Positions 36,223 through 41,949 of a stretch of DNA of 41,949 bases are shown piece after piece. The translations under genes were made by a program, and so were the position numbers. Position 1 is the first letter of the stretch. Every line of letters begins with the position of its first letter. The DNA comes from Catajapyx aquilonaris (Eukaryota): the NCBI GenBank assembly GCA_000934665.2, contig KZ538889.1, positions 1-41,949 on the forward strand, given 5' to 3'. The notes below the pieces were generated by a model, which was not told the origin of the DNA, ran no database searches, and saw only the letters and a list, made by a program, of their open reading frames with translations.

Positions 36223-39200
36223 TATAACGAATTCGTTACATTTTAATTAATTCCATTCATTTGTCGATTTTATTAACTTAAGTATATTTTTCATTCATTC
36301 CAGAATTAAGGCACTTTGGGCGACATCTAACGTGAATTTGGACGAACTATTTTTACTGTCCCGTACAGTTGTTTTCCACCATATTTTGACCGCTCGGTGT
36401 TGTCCACTCATTTGCTTCGCACGTAGGGGAAAACACTGACACGTTCACACATGTAGCACAACCTGATCATTTATTCATCAAGTGGTTTTGGGTGCTGCTG
36501 CATGACAGCTTGAACTGCCCAATCTGATCGTTACCGCCATGGCGTGTTTGGCATCAGAAGGGGGCTTATCTCAGTGCCTCAGTCAACGCCGCGTCTTCAC
36601 ACCAAGAGTTGACTCGTCTTTCTAGCATCTCTCTTTTCAAGACTAGAGAATTGGGATGACGTGTAGGTGTCATGCGAGGCTGGTGTTATTCTTTATCGTT
36701 GGCGAGGAAAGTTTATGGCGACAGGGGAATGACACGTGGTCTGCCACACCAGTCAACGCGGTGCTAATTGTAAAGGGGGGATATGCAGTACTCTTCGCGC
36801 TTGGGAAGGAAAAGTGGCATGTGCATGGGGACATGCATGGTGTGTGAGTGTAGGGTGCTGGAATTTTTAGAATGGGACGTTTGCTGGAGCCAGGCTGGCG
36901 AAATAAAGTCTAGCACGTGCTGTAAAACGGGGTGTGTTTGCATCGCAGGATCAGGTCCTTTTTTTTTCTCACTACAGCTCACTCTTGCAGATTGCAATAT
37001 TTATTTACACACTGACAATAATTGAGCACATACACAATTTCACGCCTTTCAAAATTAGGGTTATACATGGCGGTCCAAAAGGAGTTGTCGCCCCCCTTCC
37101 CGCATCGTGAATCCATTTTGATTACTAGACATTAAAAATATAGGGTCTGGTTAGTTGACATTTTGTGAGGACAGAGATCTGCTATTTTGTGAAGCCCTGC
37201 CTGCATGCATTTGAATCCTGACAGTTTGACTAGATTTATGAATGGGGAATGAAGAGTGGCTGATGTTTTCGCTTGTTCCACCATCAGCACTGCAGTGAAT
37301 CCTTCTGAAGGACAGGAGGGTGTGTGTAGAGAGGGGTTTTGGGATTTTGTGCGCATGTTAACAGTGTATATATGTAGTCTAGTGCAGAACACACATACAC
37401 ACCCAGCATTTGACACGAAAATTGCGTATTGGATTTTATTTAAACCAATGTGCATCCCAAACGAGCACCGCCTTTGTTGTGGGTTCGAATACATTTTGCG
37501 GGCGTTTTCATCTGAAATATTTTGCGCGTTGCAGTCCGGGTAACTGAAATGAAATATGAAGAGCCGGACCAGCATTGACATCAAAAACAAATGAAGGGAT
37601 ATGTATTTGGGGGGGAGGGAAACACACCCTCCTAGGCATTATTACGATTTTTTTTGACTAATATTGTCAAACGTAAAATTGACACTGGCAGGTGGAAAAA
37701 AAACTGAGAATTAATTTCCTGGAGTTCTGATTGCACCTAGAGGTCAAAAACCCGGTTTTATGAAGCGTATGGGCGACGTCAAACCCTTATCGTCGAGCCG
37801 TTTAAAATTAGCAGTAACAGGCGCCAGTTTCTGAATATGACTGCAGATTAAAGGATGAAATGTGGGCAATTACAAACCCAGCGCGCGAGAGGATGTGTAT
37901 AATCCAAACCCTTCCCAAGTTCATTGCCACGGAAACATCCTGATAGGTTTCAGGCAGCTTCACGGGTACAGAGAAGATGTAAAGGATGGTGTGAGGGAGG
38001 GAGGGAGGGAGGGATGGAAATTAACTCCTCCCCTCTTGTCTCCAAAATAAGATAAAATGGAATTTGAGAATTGAATTCGTGGGATGCAAGCGAGAGAACT
38101 GTTGTCAAGGCTGGAGCTGAGATGTGCATGGAATCCTTTACCTCTTCCAACACCATCAGATGAGAATCAGTCGGTGTGAAACTGGTGATTATCTCGGACC
38201 CCGGAGACGGAATTTCCCACACCGCTTGATAGTTATGTACTTGCTTGTGTTTGAAAAAAAAAAAAATCAAGCATAAAATACATCTATGCCCGAGGAAGCT
38301 TCCCGCCAGGCGGCGCTATTTTTCTCTCGGTTTGTATAAACGAGCCTATCATTTATCTCGCATCGTTCTTTATTAACGAAATTTTGAAATACGGGGGCGG
38401 TTGCAGGGATTTTTTTCAAAATGGCCACTAAATTTTACGTGGGGGTGCATAGAGTGTCAGCTCGCAGCTGTTTCCACTTTACCTCTCTTTTTTTTTCGTG
38501 GACTTCTTTGGGGGGGGTGCGCGGGGGTTTCCTCTCGCTCAGAATCAGGTATAGATGCGGGAGAATGTTGCTGGACCCCTTTTGGGCTGACAAGGCTTAT
38601 TCATCAACCCGAGGGGGGAAGCTGGAGCTCCCAAGAAAGAAAATCTTAAAAAGTTGCTGGCTAATCATGGGGAATGGCATGACCCTGAAATATTATGAAT
38701 GTTTTGAAACTACAATGAAATATATTTTTTATATATAAAAAAGTGAGTAGATGAGATGAACAGTAGCTGTGAGAGGGGGTTCTTTTCCCTCTTCATGGTC
38801 GGAGACAGTGACAGATCTTTCCGGGAGAGAAATTGGTTGTAGGGTGGGGCTGACGAAAAAATGGGGTTGGGGCGGTGTATGTATAAAATCTATAGATATT
38901 GTGGAGAATAGTGCTGCTGGAGTGGGTTTGAGTGAAGGGACTACATTTGATGACGGGAGCTGAGCTACCACGCCCGTGATCCGCAAATATTTGCGAAATT
39001 CATTTTCTTTTTCGTATCCCCCTTCGCCCTGAACAAATTGGGCAGACTTGGCTTTGAACTTGATGGGAAAAGCAGTCCTTGTTGCATGTAAATATCCGTG
39101 GCGTGGTGCTTGCCGAAGTTTTTGGGAAGGTTTTTTCCGGAGTCATCATTCAAGTTGCCATCCGTGTTGGGGGGCCATTAGAAGATTAGGTGTTGTTCAC

Positions 39201-40802
39201 CTTATCGTTCAACAATATTTTTTTTTGGAAGATGGCCCACTCCACCCCTTCATCTGTGGACTGGACGCCTAGTTCCTCGGGTTAACAACTCTGGCGGGGC
39301 AGTCTCCCCGCAAGACAGGCGTGGTTGATGTTGATGGTTGCCCGCAGCGCGGTTATCAGTGAGTGATGCCATGGACGTTGGCGCTAACTCGGCCCCGCGG
39401 TTGGCCCTAGACCATTTGCAGGCGAGTCGAATTAGTGGAAAAAGAAGCTCAGTTACACAGCACCTGCCCGCTAACAGTCGGATCATTTGTAGTGAAAAGC
39501 AGGTGATGGCAACGGCGGAAAATGGGGGACCAATCGAAGCGCTGCAGACTGGATCTGGGGCCAACCACCTGTCGCGACGTCATAGGGCGCGTCGATGGTG
39601 ATTGGTTGAGAGGTTTTGGCACGGTGTTGCCAGTTTTTTTTGCGTAGGAAGAGCTGATCAGGAAGCGTTGGAGGCTGCACGATTGTGTGATTACACGACA
39701 ATGCACCTGAATATGCGAGTGGGCAACTCGGCTCAGACAGTACATGTAGTTGAAGGCATTAAATTTTAAGAGATAACTACTGGTCACATAAATCATCCAG
39801 TGCTGGAGGCTGCTGTCAGAAGTCACTGCTCCTCATAGGCTGATATGTGATATTACTAACATGGCCTTTCGGTTTTAGGAGGAAGCTGAAAAAGTCAATC
39901 AAATTGGTTGAACATAGTTTGTGCGACAAGTGTTCTTGATATAGCCTACTGTGTGATACACCACAGAATAATCTGGGTGCAATGGAGAGAGAGATACGAA
40001 AAATTCGCCTGGAATATATCTGGAGGGGGCTAAGCCACTGGATTACAAGGCGCTCCATTTGCGGGGCGGGGGCATTGTTGCCACGCTTGCTATTCACTGC
40101 CAGTTACGCACCGCGCTGAAACTTTCCTCGTGATTGATTGCGCCCGGGCTTTAAAAAAATTCTGAGCACATAACTGCAAGACCACACCAGGGAGAATGGG
40201 TCCCTACAGAGTGTTGTGGAGCACGCGAAGGCTCAACTTTGAAGCTCTCATCCTCCGTCTGCGGGGGCCCCCGAGTTTTCGACTTTTACGGAAAGCATGC
40301 CAACTGTGTGCTGCTGGTCCAAGGGAAAGGGTGTAGACTAGTAGTAGTGTGCGGGTGAGGGGGAGAGAGAAAACGACTTTGCAGACAAGGCGGTCCAAAG
40401 TAGCAGTTATACAGGAAAAGGGGAGGAAGAAGCAATTACAGGGAGAACTGAGAGCCTGCGTTTGAAGCATGTCCGTGGGGACGAGGCTTGACCCCACTTT
40501 TGTTTTAAAAAAAAACAAGTTTGGAGAGGATTGGAGTGTAAACATAAGTTTAATGGCACTTGTTGGGAGGCGATATTTGTGGGACAAAATGATGACTCTG
40601 GAAGTTGTTTTTTTGTGACCATAAATGCATGGAGAGCCCCATTCCAACTGACGATAATGTAAAATTACAAGTGCCAAAAACTTATAAGACTTGGTGTCGT
40701 ACATGTTCAAATGTGCGCGCACACAAAAAAAAGCTGCCCGAAAGAAATGTGGGCATTATTTCGCGAGATATTTCTGTTACCCTTTGGGCAAAACAATGAA
40801 TT

Positions 40803-40840
40803 AAAATATTGCATCACTATTAATAGTGATGCAATATTTT
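40803..40840. repeat. perfect 38-bp palindrome
   Basis: AAAATATTGCATCACTATTAATAGTGATGCAATATTTT equals its reverse complement. Confidence 0.92.
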
Positions 40841-41949
40841 TGGTCATTGTTTTTCTTCATGAAAATATTTTTTAAAAATCATATTTCCACGAGTAATTAA
40901 TAATTACAATGCTAAAATAAAAATAAAAATAATTAAATAGACCTGCTATATGTAATTTATTTATATTGATTGTTATACATGCATGAAATACTGGCAGAAT
41001 ATAGATCATTTCACATTACATTACTCATTTATTCTCATTTATGAATTTGTGTTATTTACTCATTATTATTATGTATTATTTAATCATGCCTCCGTTTTCA
41101 TCTCTTATTTGGAAAATGTGACGAAGAAATAATTTTTAATTCATAAAGAACTTGTGCTAAAATGTTGCAAGAAGCACAAATTGTTTGGAAAAAATTCCTG
41201 CCCCAATTTTTAAGCACTTTTTTTTGTCACTTGAGTTACAAAGGATAGCTCCCAAAAAAAAAATCCCGACCACGGAACATGCGGTGGCAATGCAATTCAG
41301 CAGCCGCAGAGTACGAAAAATTTTGGGTGGTGAAATTTCGCAGCATTGCAGAAGCCCCCAGCTTTTTCCACATTTTCTCCCCCAGCAGCACCAGCAGCAG
41401 CAATCTTCCATGCCATTGGCCTAGGAAATAAAATAGCAGGGTGTGGAATGGCAGTCAGCAGTACTTTTCTTCTTCCCCAGACCCCAAGTCTTTTGCTTCG
41501 CTTTGGCAGAGATTCCCCCTGTGGTGAGATATGCGCGGTTTCAAACATCTGCCTTGAAATCCGTTTTATTTTAAAAAGGTCGAAAGGTCGTTCCTTGACG
41601 TAAGACCTTCCCCGAAATTAAATTGGGCAGCGGTGGAATGGCGGGGGCAGGTCGTGATTGAAAGTTTTATAAGCCGGGCAGTTTCCATGCGATTTTCCTC
41701 AACGGGGATCCTTTTGTGACCTCCCCAGTCGGCGTTTGGGGAATTTTCCTGGGCCTAACTTACGCATCTTCTCAACCCCGTTTGATCTGTCCTCCGTGGA
41801 CCACGCCCGTTCACGATCCAATTTGTGCCTCTTTGGCTTTTGGCCTACTCTCAACCGGAGTGATTCTGGCTGCAACTTCCAGCTGCAATACCCTAGAACG
41901 TCAGGGGTACCAACTTAGCCATTCACGCGAAATAATTACGCAATTATTA

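Noticed and set aside
23005..41918. Numerous 60-170 aa ORFs after ephrin exon 1
   Set aside because: No domain signatures or consistent splice structure; many read through homopolymers.

Overview
Eukaryotic (animal, probably arthropod) genomic DNA with GT-AG introns, so most ORF-track entries are spurious. The first 13 kb hold a head-to-tail triplet of eIF3g (translation initiation factor 3 subunit G) copies on the + strand. Copy A shows only its last two exons in the window. Copy B is complete (6 coding exons, about 296 aa). Copy C is a promoterless, frameshifted duplicate of B exons 3-6 whose intron 4 has grown from 555 nt to about 3.95 kb through three inverted-repeat insertions. The largest is a 2.47 kb near-palindromic foldback element built from ~165-170 bp subunits. 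13-18 kb is a field of MITEs, some nested. At 22.8-23.0 kb is the first coding exon (signal peptide plus IYWNSSNP) of an ephrin gene. The remaining ~19 kb appears to be its first intron, with a Kolobok-like MITE, a mixed TTAGG/TTAGGG tract, poly-G assembly gaps and two identically spaced Hth/Exd-Hox-like composite sites. I found no CRISPR array, rRNA, intact tRNA or transposase ORF, and no clearly new biological system. The foldback element and the eIF3g paralog array are the best leads. All coordinates were read by eye; no searches were run.
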